Source of the DNA: Vulcanimicrobiota bacterium
GTDB taxonomy: Bacteria > Vulcanimicrobiota > Vulcanimicrobiia > Eremiobacterales > Eremiobacteraceae
Assembly: GCA_963812135.1 (NCBI GenBank)
Contig: CAWETU010000001.1
Location: forward strand, 1,504,001-1,568,000
Direction of reading: 5' to 3'
DNA: 64,000 nt
Under the pieces are notes generated by a model. It had not been told where the DNA came from. It did not search any database and worked only from the letters and a program-made list of their open reading frames with translations. Of this stretch, positions 38,606-48,411 are shown piece after piece. Made by a program: the position numbers and the translations under genes. The first letter of the stretch is position 1; each line of letters starts with the position of its first letter.

Positions 38606-39214
38606 CAGAACTCGCCTGAGCCTTTCAATCGCCAGACCCTGAGCGCTTCGGCGCGCAGGATCGCGCGTAGTTGCGCGACGGCGACGTCGAACTCGTCGTT
38701 CACGATCAAATACTCGTAGTCTTTGATGGCCTTCTCCTCAAGCCGCGCGGTTTCCAGCCTGGCCGCGATGTCCTCCGGGCCGTCGGCGTTGCGGACCTCC
38801 AAGGCGGCGTATCAGCTCGTCTTCCGAACGCACGGTCAAGAACACCAACACCGCGTCCGGATACAGCGCTTTGATCATCATCGCGCCGTTCACTTCGGGC
38901 TTCATGACGAGATCTCGACCGGAACGCAGCGTTTCCTCGACGAACGCCTTTGGCGTGCCGTACAGATTGCCTGCGTACTCGCGCGTCTCGATGAACGCAC
39001 CCTCGCCCAGCATGCGCTTGAACTCATCGCGCGAGACGAAATGATAGTGCACGCCTTCGATTTCGCCCGCGCGCGGCGCGCGGGTGGTCGCCGAAACGCA
39101 ATAGCCGACCTCGGGTTCGAGCGTGCGCAGCGCGGCGATCACGCTGTCCTTGCCCGAGCCGGAAGGCCCGGACACGACCAGCAGGACCGGTTGGCGGCTC
39201 GGCGAGTCTTTCAT
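38605..39214 (-). CDS. gmk: Guanylate kinase; apparent +1 frameshift near 38801
   Basis: SGPSGSGK, SATTRAPRAGE..YHFVS, NLYGT; the C-terminus DIAARL..YEYLIVND is in the shifted frame. Confidence 0.93.
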
Positions 39215-39221
39215 ATCCCCC

Positions 39222-40964
39222 ATGACGCTTGATAGCTGGCTGGTCGCTCGTCTCGCACGCGAGCTGGATGGCCTGGTCGCGGGCGGGCGCGTGAGCGAGC
39301 TACGAGGATCGGAGCGGCGTCTCACGCTTACGTGCTATCGCCGGCGCGAACAACTGCTGCTGCAGGCCGTCTTCAACCCCGAACAGCCGCTCGTCGCGGC
39401 CACACGTGATGACGACCGGGCAAACGAAAGCGGTCCTTTAGGCTGGCTCGGCGGCGTCGCTCCGCTGCTCCGAGGCAGCGTCGTCGATGCTGTCCGAGCT
39501 GTACCCGATGACCGCATTCTCAACGTCGACTTGAGTTCCCGGTCCCCGTTCGGCGTGCCTGCGCGGCACCGCCTCGTGCTGGAACTCGAGCCCCGCCGCA
39601 GCAACGCGCTCGTGCTGCGACCCGTCGGAGACGAATGGAGCGTGCTTGCGGCGGCTCGCCAATTCGAGGGCGCTGCGGGCGCGCGCGACGTCGCCGTCGG
39701 CAAGCGCTACGAACCACCGCCGGCCCGCACCGCGAAGCTCGACCTCCCGGGTTTCGTCACGGGCGTGCACGCGGCGCTCGCGCGCGTCGAACCGGAGCTG
39801 CGGGGCGTCGCGCGCCTGTTATCCGATTTCGATCTTGCTTGCACGCCGCCGCTTGCCCGGTCCGTGGTGCAGAGCGTATTCGCCGTTGGAACGCCCGCGG
39901 CACCGGTCGAGCGTTTGCTGGAAGCGTGGAGCGCCTTGCGCGCGCAGGTCGAGCGCGCGAGCGCAGATATGGGTGAGCTCTACGTCTACCGGCGCGGAGA
40001 CGAGATCGTCGCGTGTCACCTCGTGCCGCTCGCGTGGCCGGCCGGCGACGTGAGCCGCGCGCCGAGTCTCAACGAACTCGGTGCGCAGCAAATCGCACGC
40101 TCCGATCGCATGCGGGCTGCGCCGGCTGGGATCGCGCTGCGCAAGAAACTCGAGCGCATGCTCGCGCGTTGCGACGACGAAGAGGCCGCGCTGCACGCCG
40201 CGCAAGAGCGCGCTCGCGTGGCGGATGCGTTGCGCGTGTCGGGCGATGCGATTTACGCGAATCTCGCCGACGTGCCCGAGCGCGCTACCGCCTTCGTGAC
40301 GCCCGACGGTTCGCGCATCGCGCTCGACCCCACGCTCAGCGCGAAGCAAAACGCAGCGGCGTACTTCAAACGCTATCGCAAAGCGCGCAGCGGATTGCCG
40401 CGCATCGACGCGCGGCTCGAGCGGCTCGCAGCCAATCGCCGCCTGTGGGAGCAGCTCTTGTGGGAGCTCGAGCGCGCAGACGCTGATCCGTCGCTGCGCA
40501 TGGCGATCTATGAAGAAGTCAGCGCAGCGCTCGCCACGAAGCGCACGGCCGCACCCGCCACTCGCCGAACCCGCCCGAAAGAGCGCGGAGCGGCGGCGAC
40601 TCGGAGACTGACGACCTCCGTTCAGTTACCAGACGGAGCGGTCGCGCATGTCGGCCGGTCGCCCAAAGACAACGAGCGCGTGACGTTCAACGTGGCGCGG
40701 CCCGACGACTATTGGTTCCACGCGCGCGGCATCCCCGGCGCGCACGTCGTTCTTAAACTTCCGCACGCGGGCGAGGCGCCGACCCGCGAGCAGATCGAGC
40801 TCGCCGCAGCACTCGCGGCCGGCGCGAGCCGCGCATCGGGCGCCGCCAAAGTCGAGGTCGATTACACGCAGCGCAAGCACGTGCGCCGTCAAGGCAAAGG
40901 CGCGACCGGCCTCGTCTGGTACACCGACTTCAAGACGATTCTAGTGATCCCCCAGACCGCCTAG
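39222..40964 (+). CDS. rqcH: RqcH/NFACT (FbpA-like) ribosome quality-control protein
   Basis: MTLDSW..EL, DRIL, IALDPTLSAKQNAAAYFKRYRK, VGRSPKDNE, WFHARGIPGAHV, VDYTQRKHV. Confidence 0.9.
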   Translation: MTLDSWLVARLARELDGLVAGGRVSELRGSERRLTLTCYRRREQLLLQAVFNPEQPLVAATRDDDRANESGPLGWLGGVAPLLRGSVVDAVRAVPDDRILNVDLSSRSPFGVPARHRLVLELEPRRSNALVLRPVGDEWSVLAAARQFEGAAGARDVAVGKRYEPPPARTAKLDLPGFVTGVHAALARVEPELRGVARLLSDFDLACTPPLARSVVQSVFAVGTPAAPVERLLEAWSALRAQVERASADMGELYVYRRGDEIVACHLVPLAWPAGDVSRAPSLNELGAQQIARSDRMRAAPAGIALRKKLERMLARCDDEEAALHAAQERARVADALRVSGDAIYANLADVPERATAFVTPDGSRIALDPTLSAKQNAAAYFKRYRKARSGLPRIDARLERLAANRRLWEQLLWELERADADPSLRMAIYEEVSAALATKRTAAPATRRTRPKERGAAATRRLTTSVQLPDGAVAHVGRSPKDNERVTFNVARPDDYWFHARGIPGAHVVLKLPHAGEAPTREQIELAAALAAGASRASGAAKVEVDYTQRKHVRRQGKGATGLVWYTDFKTILVIPQTA

Positions 40965-41038
40965 CGCTCTCGCGGCACAAGAGCCGCACAATACCCTGAT
41001 AGACTGCAGAGGTCAAATTTCGTTTGGGGGGCTTTCAA

Positions 41039-42103
41039 ATGCCTGTGTTCCGAGTGCATCTCTTCGCGGCGGTCTGCGTGTCTGCGGTCGTCGTCGTCAC
41101 TTCCACTGCGGCGCTTGCTGGCATCACGAGTGCGACCATCAGCGCCAGTCCCGTGAGTTACTCCGGCTCGTGTCCGACCTCGGTGTTGGCGACCGCTGTT
41201 GTGACGGGCGCGCCCGGCACGGCCTTCCAGTACGCCTTCTACCGACACGGGAGCGTTGTATTGCCGCCCGTGGCCGGCATGGTGGCGGCATCCGGAACGT
41301 TCACAGCGCACGATGCGATTGCGATCTCGACCAATACGTCCGACTTCGATCAGATATGGGTTAGCGGCATCGCCGGTCAATCGGACGTCTATTCCAACAA
41401 GGCGCCGTATTCCGTGGTGTGCTCGACGCCCACGCCGGCTCCGTCCGGAGGCCGCCTCTATGGCCATTCGAACGTACCGGATCCTCCGAAGATCGTAGGC
41501 TATAAGAACATCAAGAGAGTTCTCGTGCTGCAGCCTACGAATTCCGACGTGTGGCACAAGGAAAACAAGTCCTGTGGTGGTCTGAGCGTTTTCAGCACGG
41601 CCTGTCTCGACTTGGGATACGTCGCGCCGTATACGAGCAACCCGAGCGTGCTGGTCGGCTTCCGCTATTGGACGGACAAGCGGTTGACCGGCGATCTCTA
41701 CGACAATGCATTATTTCGCGCCGGGATTCAATTCAATATCCCAAATCTTCAGCACCATGCGATCACGAGCGCCACGCTGACCCTGACGCGGTACGGAACG
41801 ACGGTTTACGAAGATGGGAATTGGGACGTTCCTAGCTCGTTGAGCTGCGCGTTTGACTTCGGCCCCGCGCAGTCCGACTGGTGGGATTCTCGAGTCTCAT
41901 GGCTCGATGCAGATTTCGGTGAGACCTTCAATGGGGGCGGGGCGACGCTGAACGCGAACGTGATCCATGACGTGCAAACATGGACAGCGTACGGTAACAA
42001 CTTTGGGTGGGTCGTGAAGGGGCCGGATGAGAACTTGGCGGCGTTCACCGAGAACGAGTGCCTCACGCGGTATTGGGCGAGCCTTCAAATCGAGTACTAT
42101 TAG
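41039..42103 (+). CDS. Secreted protein with an Ig-like N-domain and a DNRLRE/CBM96-like C-domain
   Basis: Signal peptide; RAGIQFNI..ITSATLTL..NVIHDVQTW..NFGWVV resembles DNRLRE domains. Confidence 0.6.
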   Translation: MPVFRVHLFAAVCVSAVVVVTSTAALAGITSATISASPVSYSGSCPTSVLATAVVTGAPGTAFQYAFYRHGSVVLPPVAGMVAASGTFTAHDAIAISTNTSDFDQIWVSGIAGQSDVYSNKAPYSVVCSTPTPAPSGGRLYGHSNVPDPPKIVGYKNIKRVLVLQPTNSDVWHKENKSCGGLSVFSTACLDLGYVAPYTSNPSVLVGFRYWTDKRLTGDLYDNALFRAGIQFNIPNLQHHAITSATLTLTRYGTTVYEDGNWDVPSSLSCAFDFGPAQSDWWDSRVSWLDADFGETFNGGGATLNANVIHDVQTWTAYGNNFGWVVKGPDENLAAFTENECLTRYWASLQIEYY

Positions 42104-42156
42104 ACCGCGCGCTAGGGCGAAGGGGACGTGCGAAGGCCTCACATAAGTCCCAGACC

Positions 42157-45100
42157 ATGTCGACGGATGCAACGCTGAGGATATGTCTGCTCGGCCAGCC
42201 TCGTCTTTTCGCCGACGGCTCCCCAATCAAGCTTGCCAAACGAAGTGCAACTGTACCCCTTATCGCCTACTTGCTGCTGCACCAAGCAGAGCCGGTCTCG
42301 CGCAATTTTCTCGCGTTCACGCTGTGGGCTGACGAATCCGAAGAGATCGCGCTTTCAGAATTGCGCCGTTATATCTACTTGGTCAATAAAGCGCTGGGGC
42401 CGAACTCGAGCGATAAGCCTTGGATCATCGCCGAGGGAGAATCTGTACGCTGGAACAACGCAAGCCCGCTATGGCTCGACGTCGCCGAATTCGAGCGCCT
42501 GAGCGCCGACACCGCCAAGTTTGCCGAGGCAGTAAAACTGTATGCGGGCGACTTGGTCGAGGACATCTATGATGATTGGCTGATCGCGCACCGCGAGCGC
42601 TTACGCGGTCTCTATTTCTCTGACCTCGGCGCGTTGATCATCCAGATGCGCGAATCCCGCCAATTCCAGCGAGCGATAGGCTACGCGACGCAACTACTCG
42701 TCTCGGATCCGTGGCGCGAGGACGTGATCCGTCAACTGGTGGCCTGCCGCTACGAATCCGGTGATGCCGCCGGAGCGCTTGCCGCGTGCGATGAGTTCAC
42801 CAAGCGGCTGCGCCGGGAGCTTGCCGTCGAGCCCATGCCTGAGACGATGGCGGTGCGCGACGCGATCGTCCGGCATACCGCGCTTCCCGGGCCGGCGACG
42901 CTTCTGGCCCCGGATGCTATCGATGAGTTGACCCCTGAGCAGGCGCGCCGCCACGTCCTTCCGTTCGTGGGTAGGCGGCTAGAGCTCGATCAGCTTCTCA
43001 CCTGCTGGAGCCGTGCCGCGCGCGCGAATGGCGGCCTCGTCTTGATCGGGGGTGAAGCTGGAATCGGCAAATCGCGCCTGGCGGCAGAGCTCGCGCGCGT
43101 GGTAGAGGCGGAAGGTGGCCGGATCTTGGTGGGCTCGACCGCCTGTCCGGAGAGAGAACCATACGAGTGCGTCATCGAGGCGATTCGCGCCGGCCTGCCG
43201 ATGATCGCTTCTCTCGACGTCGATCCGCTACGACTCGCGATCATCGCCCAACTTGTGCCCGAACTCTCGGCCAGCCGGCCTGGCCTTCCGGAAGCGCCTC
43301 CGGTCGATCCTCAACGAGAGCGGTCCAGGCTCCTCGATGCGATCGCGGGCTGCCTCGCGGCGTTGGCGCGCGTCCGTCCAATGCTCGTCGTGTTGGAAGA
43401 CCTGCACTGGGCCGGCGCCGCCACGATCGCGACGCTTGGTTTTCTTGCGCGACGCCTCTCGCGATCGTCCGTCCTGATCGTCGCCACCTATCGCGAAGAT
43501 GAAACGGGTCGAACCCATCCATTGCGCGACCTGCATCGGGAATTGGGCGGGGAACGCCTTGCGACGACGCTGTCGCTGCGTCGCCTGTCGCGCGTGGTCA
43601 TCGACGAGCTGATCGCGCAACTGCCGATCCCAACAAAAGACGTATCGACCTTCGCAAATGCCATGTATGCTCGCACTGAGGGTAATCCATTGTTCCTCAC
43701 CGAGGCGATGCGCGATGCACTCGAGCATCCAGAGGAATGGAGCGACCAGGGCACCTGGTGGCCGGGCACCGAGCGCCTGCGCTCGCTGATCGCCGTGCGC
43801 AGCGCCCGGCTCGCACCGGACGGAAAGGAGATCGCGGGAGTAGCCGCCGTGATCGGCAACGGATTCAGCGTCGCCATCCTTCGCGACGTGACCGGGTTTT
43901 CTGAAGAGCGCGTGCTCGATGGCATTGACGACCTGCTCGACCGGCACTTCATCCGTGAGGCAGGTGGACGCGGACGATTCGATTATGTGTTCTCGCATCA
44001 TCTGATCCACGATGCCATCTACGAAGCGGTTCCAGCAGAGGTCCGCTCGCGCCGACATCGCCGTGTCGCGCGAATCCTCGAGGATCAGTCGCAACCCGGC
44101 GACGCGGCGCTCGCCGTGGATCTCGCTCTGCACTATGCGCGCGGTGGCGATAACGCGCGCGCGGCGTCGTGGTATCTCGCGGCAGCAGAGGCCGCGGAAC
44201 GCGTGTACGCCCACGCAGAGTCCATCCAGTTCGCGACCCGTGCCATCGAACTCACGGCTGACGAGCGCCAACGCGCTGCGGCTTTACGCGCCAGGGAGTC
44301 CGCGCTCAGCCGGACGGGTGACCGCGCCGCTCAGCGCCGTGATATCGATGAGGCGATGAGTATCGCTGCGCGGACCGGCAACGATGACCTCACGTGGGTG
44401 TTGCTGATGCGCCGGATGCACCTCGAGCGGAGTCTTGGCAGGCGAGACGAGGAGGGTGCGGTCATCGCGGAACTCGAGCGGCGAGCCGGTTCGTCGGGCG
44501 ATGAGGCACGGACGGCCGAAGTCCTGGTCGCGCGGGCGAATCACCTTATCTCGCTGACGAGCCACGCCCAGGCCGGTGCACCGGCGAAGGAGGCGCTGCT
44601 GCACTACGAATCTCTGGAAGATGTGGCGGGCCAGGTCGAAGCCCTGTCCGTCTTGGCGGAGATCGCCACCAATATGGGCGACCCTGAGGCCTCTCGCCGG
44701 CTGCTTGGCGACGCCCGCAAGAAGGCGGCCAGCCAGCCCGACAGGGGCTTGCTTCTGCGGGCTATCTCCGCGGCGGCAGTCGCGGCGCTCCAGCAACATC
44801 GCATCGGCGACGCCGCGGATCTGGCGGAGGAAGGCGTGACGCTCGCGCGTGCGCTCGGTGATCGCGAAGAGGAAGCGGCGATGCTGCAGCGGCTGGCGAT
44901 CACGGCGACGTTTCAACGTGATTTCGATTTGGCGCGCCGGCGCTTCGCCGCCGCAGCCGAAGCGTTCGACGCGATCGGCCATCTTCGAGGGATGTCGCAC
45001 GCACAGGCCAATCAGGCGGTTTTGGCCATGCGACTCGGGTTGCTCGACGAGGCACAAACTCTCGGCGATCGGGCGCTGGTCGTCGCAGAACGCACCGGAG

Positions 45101-45768
45101 ACCGCCGGCCGCTCGTCGTCACGCTCGTCAACTTAAGCCTCGTGCACATTCTCCAGGGCGACCCAGCCGGGGCGCGCCGTTTTGCCCTTCAAGGTCTTGA
45201 GATCGCGCGTACGGTCGGGTTTCCGCTGTTCGAAGGCGCTGCGCTTGCCAACCTCGGCAACGCAGAGCGGGCGCTCGGTGACTTCGACGCCGGACTCACG
45301 CACATCAAGGAAGGCCTGCGCATCCGCGAAGGGCTTCTTTCGCCGACCGACGTGCTTGATGACTATTGCGATCTTGCGCTCGCCTTTCTGCAAGCACGAC
45401 AGCTCCCGCGCGCGATTTCCACCACCGCGAAGCTCTTGAAGGTCGCCGAGGGATCGACCGAAGGCGCCTTCTGGCCCCACGTTTGTTTTTGGACAGCGGC
45501 GCTCGTGCACCGAGCCGCCGGCAAGACCGCCAGCTCGAGCGCGTTGCTCCGGCGCGCCGCGGCTGAAATGCACGCCTTTGCAGCCGGAATCGCGGACCCG
45601 GACACCCGTTCATCGTTTCTGGCGCTGCCGGCGTGCCGCGAAGTCACAGGCGCATACGAACGAGATCAATGGCCCGAGTACGCAGGCGGTGCGCATGCCT
45701 TGTATGATGACGCGAAGACGAAGACCTCAAAACCCCGGATCCGCCGTACCCGCTCGGAGAAGAGTTGA
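42157..45768 (+). CDS. SARP/AfsR-like regulator: winged HTH-BTAD, STAND ATPase (AAA_16) and TPRs
   Basis: LRICLLG, WLDVAEF, DPWRE, EPMPET; FVGR..GEAGIGKSRL; LEDLHWA; TEGNPLF; C-terminal TPRs. Confidence 0.9.
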   Translation: MSTDATLRICLLGQPRLFADGSPIKLAKRSATVPLIAYLLLHQAEPVSRNFLAFTLWADESEEIALSELRRYIYLVNKALGPNSSDKPWIIAEGESVRWNNASPLWLDVAEFERLSADTAKFAEAVKLYAGDLVEDIYDDWLIAHRERLRGLYFSDLGALIIQMRESRQFQRAIGYATQLLVSDPWREDVIRQLVACRYESGDAAGALAACDEFTKRLRRELAVEPMPETMAVRDAIVRHTALPGPATLLAPDAIDELTPEQARRHVLPFVGRRLELDQLLTCWSRAARANGGLVLIGGEAGIGKSRLAAELARVVEAEGGRILVGSTACPEREPYECVIEAIRAGLPMIASLDVDPLRLAIIAQLVPELSASRPGLPEAPPVDPQRERSRLLDAIAGCLAALARVRPMLVVLEDLHWAGAATIATLGFLARRLSRSSVLIVATYREDETGRTHPLRDLHRELGGERLATTLSLRRLSRVVIDELIAQLPIPTKDVSTFANAMYARTEGNPLFLTEAMRDALEHPEEWSDQGTWWPGTERLRSLIAVRSARLAPDGKEIAGVAAVIGNGFSVAILRDVTGFSEERVLDGIDDLLDRHFIREAGGRGRFDYVFSHHLIHDAIYEAVPAEVRSRRHRRVARILEDQSQPGDAALAVDLALHYARGGDNARAASWYLAAAEAAERVYAHAESIQFATRAIELTADERQRAAALRARESALSRTGDRAAQRRDIDEAMSIAARTGNDDLTWVLLMRRMHLERSLGRRDEEGAVIAELERRAGSSGDEARTAEVLVARANHLISLTSHAQAGAPAKEALLHYESLEDVAGQVEALSVLAEIATNMGDPEASRRLLGDARKKAASQPDRGLLLRAISAAAVAALQQHRIGDAADLAEEGVTLARALGDREEEAAMLQRLAITATFQRDFDLARRRFAAAAEAFDAIGHLRGMSHAQANQAVLAMRLGLLDEAQTLGDRALVVAERTGDRRPLVVTLVNLSLVHILQGDPAGARRFALQGLEIARTVGFPLFEGAALANLGNAERALGDFDAGLTHIKEGLRIREGLLSPTDVLDDYCDLALAFLQARQLPRAISTTAKLLKVAEGSTEGAFWPHVCFWTAALVHRAAGKTASSSALLRRAAAEMHAFAAGIADPDTRSSFLALPACREVTGAYERDQWPEYAGGAHALYDDAKTKTSKPRIRRTRSEKS

Positions 45769-45959
45769 AAAGCGACGACCGACGCGTTGAACATCTGTTC
45801 GTGGTGCGCATGTGGCTCGAGCCCGATGCTCGCAGGTCGCAGTGGCGGGGCTCCGTTCGCCACGTGCCATCAGGGCGTCGGCTGTTCGTGGCGGGCACGG
45901 CCGACATCGCCGATTTTATCGCCTTGCAGCTGGGCGCTGCCAGTTCCCACGAACGCTAG
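45765..45959 (+). CDS. Small conserved-type hypothetical protein
   Basis: FVVRMW..WRGSVRHVPSG..DFI; 4-bp overlap with the regulator stop codon. Confidence 0.7.
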   Translation: MKSDDRRVEHLFVVRMWLEPDARRSQWRGSVRHVPSGRRLFVAGTADIADFIALQLGAASSHER

Positions 45960-45987
45960 CCGCACGCCCGCCTGCTACGCTCGGCCC

Positions 45988-47892
45988 ATGAAGAATCACA
46001 AACGCCTCATCACCGGCGTCGTAGCCATGCTTCTCATCGCCATTGGGTTCGTGCACGCGCCGCCCGCTAGGTCGATGCCGTCGCAAGCCCGCGACGCCAA
46101 GCTCGCCGACATCGCGCCCAATGACAATACCGTCGCCGGCGGCCGGTTCGAGGGCGGCGCCTTGGACATCTCGCTCGTGGCGAGAAAAGGCCTGTGGTAT
46201 CCTGACGGACCGGGCACGATCGGGCTTCCCATCGAGGCATTTGGCGAAGTCGGCCGGCCGCTGCAGATCCCCGGGCCGCTCGTGCGCGTCGCGCTGGGCA
46301 CGCGAGTGATCGCGACGATCCGCAACGAACTCGATCACGATCTGACGATCCGCGGCCTCGCATCGCCGTCGAACGCACTGACGTCCGTTCTGCATGTACC
46401 GCGCGGTGCGACGCGCCGCGTTTCGTTCGTCCTCGATCGAGCAGGTGCGTTCGGCTATTACGGCTCCGATAAAGGCGAAACTGTCGACGCCCGCATCTTC
46501 GAAGACGCCGAACTGTCTGGGGCGATCATCGTCGAGCGCCCGCACGCGCCGCGCGTCGATCATGTCTTCGTGCTGGGCCTGTATGCGCCGGTCAAGTCGA
46601 AAGACGGCACGGGGAACTTCATCTACTTTCTCGAGACGATCAACGGACGCGCCTTTCCAGCCACGGAACACCTCACGTACGTGCGCGGGCAGACGGTTCG
46701 CTGGGCCGTTTTCAATGCGTCGCTCTTCATCCATCCGATGCATCTGCATGGTTTCTACTATCGGCTCGCCCGCTCGGATGCGTATGACGAAGTGACTCAC
46801 GCGTTCTTTCCTGGTGAGGCCGAGGAGCTTTCGTGGACCGCCGATCGCGCGGGTCATTGGATGTTCCACTGCCACATCGACGATCACATCACGCGCCACG
46901 CCCCGCTGGCTGACATGCGAGCGGGCAAAGCCGACCCGAGCCTCACCGTTGCGAAACGCTTTCACCAGCCTAATGAGCCGATGGGTGGCATGGTGATCGC
47001 TCTTGACGTGCTCCCCCGGGCTGGTGACAGGGCGATAGTCCAATCGGCAACGCCCCGTCGCCTCACCCTCTCGCTCGCCGCTCGCGAAGTGTCGGACGCG
47101 CCGTACGTCGGCTTGGAAAAAGGCACCGTTCGCCTGACTGACGGCGAGCAGACGGCTGAATCCAGCGGCAATCTCGGACCAGCGATCGTGCTCACGCGCG
47201 GCACTCCCGTCGCGATCACCGTGAACAATCAGACGCACGAAGAGACGAGCGTGCATTGGCATGGCATCGCGCTCGACGATAGTTATTACGACGGCGGCGC
47301 GGGCATGGGCATGGCGATGCCCGGCGAGCGGATGTCGCCGCCGATCGTTCCTGGTGGAACGTTCGTCGCGCGCTTCACGCCGCCCGATGCCGGCACGTTC
47401 ATGTATCACGCTCACATGGATGACGGCTGGCAGCTCGCGAGCGGGCTCATCGGCCCGCTGATCGTCATGCCCCCGGGCGAGGTGTTCGATCCAACGACAG
47501 ATCACATCGTCATGGTCTCGGAATCGTACGAAAAGGCGGGTAGTCCGTTCGTGGCGATCGGCGGCTCACTCTCGCCGCCGCCGATGTCGATGGCGGTTGG
47601 CGTGCCGCAGCGTCTCCGTCTGATCGAGCTTTCGCTCGGGGGCGACAATTTGGTGGTCTCGCTCTCCGACGGCACGCATGTGCTCGACTGGACGCCGATC
47701 GCGAAGGACGGCCGAGATCTCCCAGCACGCCTGCAACGGCAATCCCTCGCGACGCACGCGCTCACCATCGGCGAAACGCGCGATTTTCGCTTCGTGGCGA
47801 CGAAGCCGGGTGAGCTCACGCTTGGCGTCTACGATGCGGACAACAACAACATGCTCGTCGGGTCACAGAAGATCGAGGTTGAGGGCCGCTAG
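45988..47892 (+). CDS. Secreted multicopper oxidase with permuted domain order
   Basis: HPMHLHG, WMFHCHIDDH, TSVHWHG, FMYHAH; signal peptide. Confidence 0.88.
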   Translation: MKNHKRLITGVVAMLLIAIGFVHAPPARSMPSQARDAKLADIAPNDNTVAGGRFEGGALDISLVARKGLWYPDGPGTIGLPIEAFGEVGRPLQIPGPLVRVALGTRVIATIRNELDHDLTIRGLASPSNALTSVLHVPRGATRRVSFVLDRAGAFGYYGSDKGETVDARIFEDAELSGAIIVERPHAPRVDHVFVLGLYAPVKSKDGTGNFIYFLETINGRAFPATEHLTYVRGQTVRWAVFNASLFIHPMHLHGFYYRLARSDAYDEVTHAFFPGEAEELSWTADRAGHWMFHCHIDDHITRHAPLADMRAGKADPSLTVAKRFHQPNEPMGGMVIALDVLPRAGDRAIVQSATPRRLTLSLAAREVSDAPYVGLEKGTVRLTDGEQTAESSGNLGPAIVLTRGTPVAITVNNQTHEETSVHWHGIALDDSYYDGGAGMGMAMPGERMSPPIVPGGTFVARFTPPDAGTFMYHAHMDDGWQLASGLIGPLIVMPPGEVFDPTTDHIVMVSESYEKAGSPFVAIGGSLSPPPMSMAVGVPQRLRLIELSLGGDNLVVSLSDGTHVLDWTPIAKDGRDLPARLQRQSLATHALTIGETRDFRFVATKPGELTLGVYDADNNNMLVGSQKIEVEGR

Positions 47893-48365
47893 TCGCCGTG
47901 ACCCTCGTCGCTGTGACCTTTGTTGCCGGGGTGTTCTTTCCAATACTGCTTGCAGTGACCCGGCGGCCAGCACGCAGGTTGGTAGCCGTGCGGGAAATAG
48001 GCGTACAGATGGGTCGGCGCGCATCGCGGGCCGTAGCCGTTGAACGTGCACGGTTGCGCTCCGTTGTTGCTCAAGTACACGACCTGGTTGCCGCTGTTGG
48101 GATACACGATCCGGCCGTCACCGTAGATGACTCCGCCGTCCGCCGTATACCCGACGACGGTATTGGCTTGCGCGACCTTGTGCTCGTAGTTGTTGTACAG
48201 GATGATGCCCGCAGCCAACGCGAGCCCGCCGAGAATGATGTTACGCGTGCTTGCAGCGCCATCCGCGCGCACCGGCGTCGCGATGCCGGCGAGCAGCGAG
48301 AAGATCAGCGCCCACACGAGGAGCGTCTTTTGCAGTGCTTTTGAAAGTGCGAACGAAAATGCCAT
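47889..48365 (-). CDS. Hypothetical secreted protein
   Basis: Signal peptide ending VRA-DG; ASTRNIILGG..YNNYEHK; His/Gly tail. Confidence 0.65.
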   Translation of the reverse strand: MAFSFALSKALQKTLLVWALIFSLLAGIATPVRADGAASTRNIILGGLALAAGIILYNNYEHKVAQANTVVGYTADGGVIYGDGRIVYPNSGNQVVYLSNNGAQPCTFNGYGPRCAPTHLYAYFPHGYQPACWPPGHCKQYWKEHPGNKGHSDEGHGD

Positions 48366-48411
48366 GAGGTGGTTCCCTCCTGGCTCCACTTGTACCCAGA
48401 TCAGACCGTTG

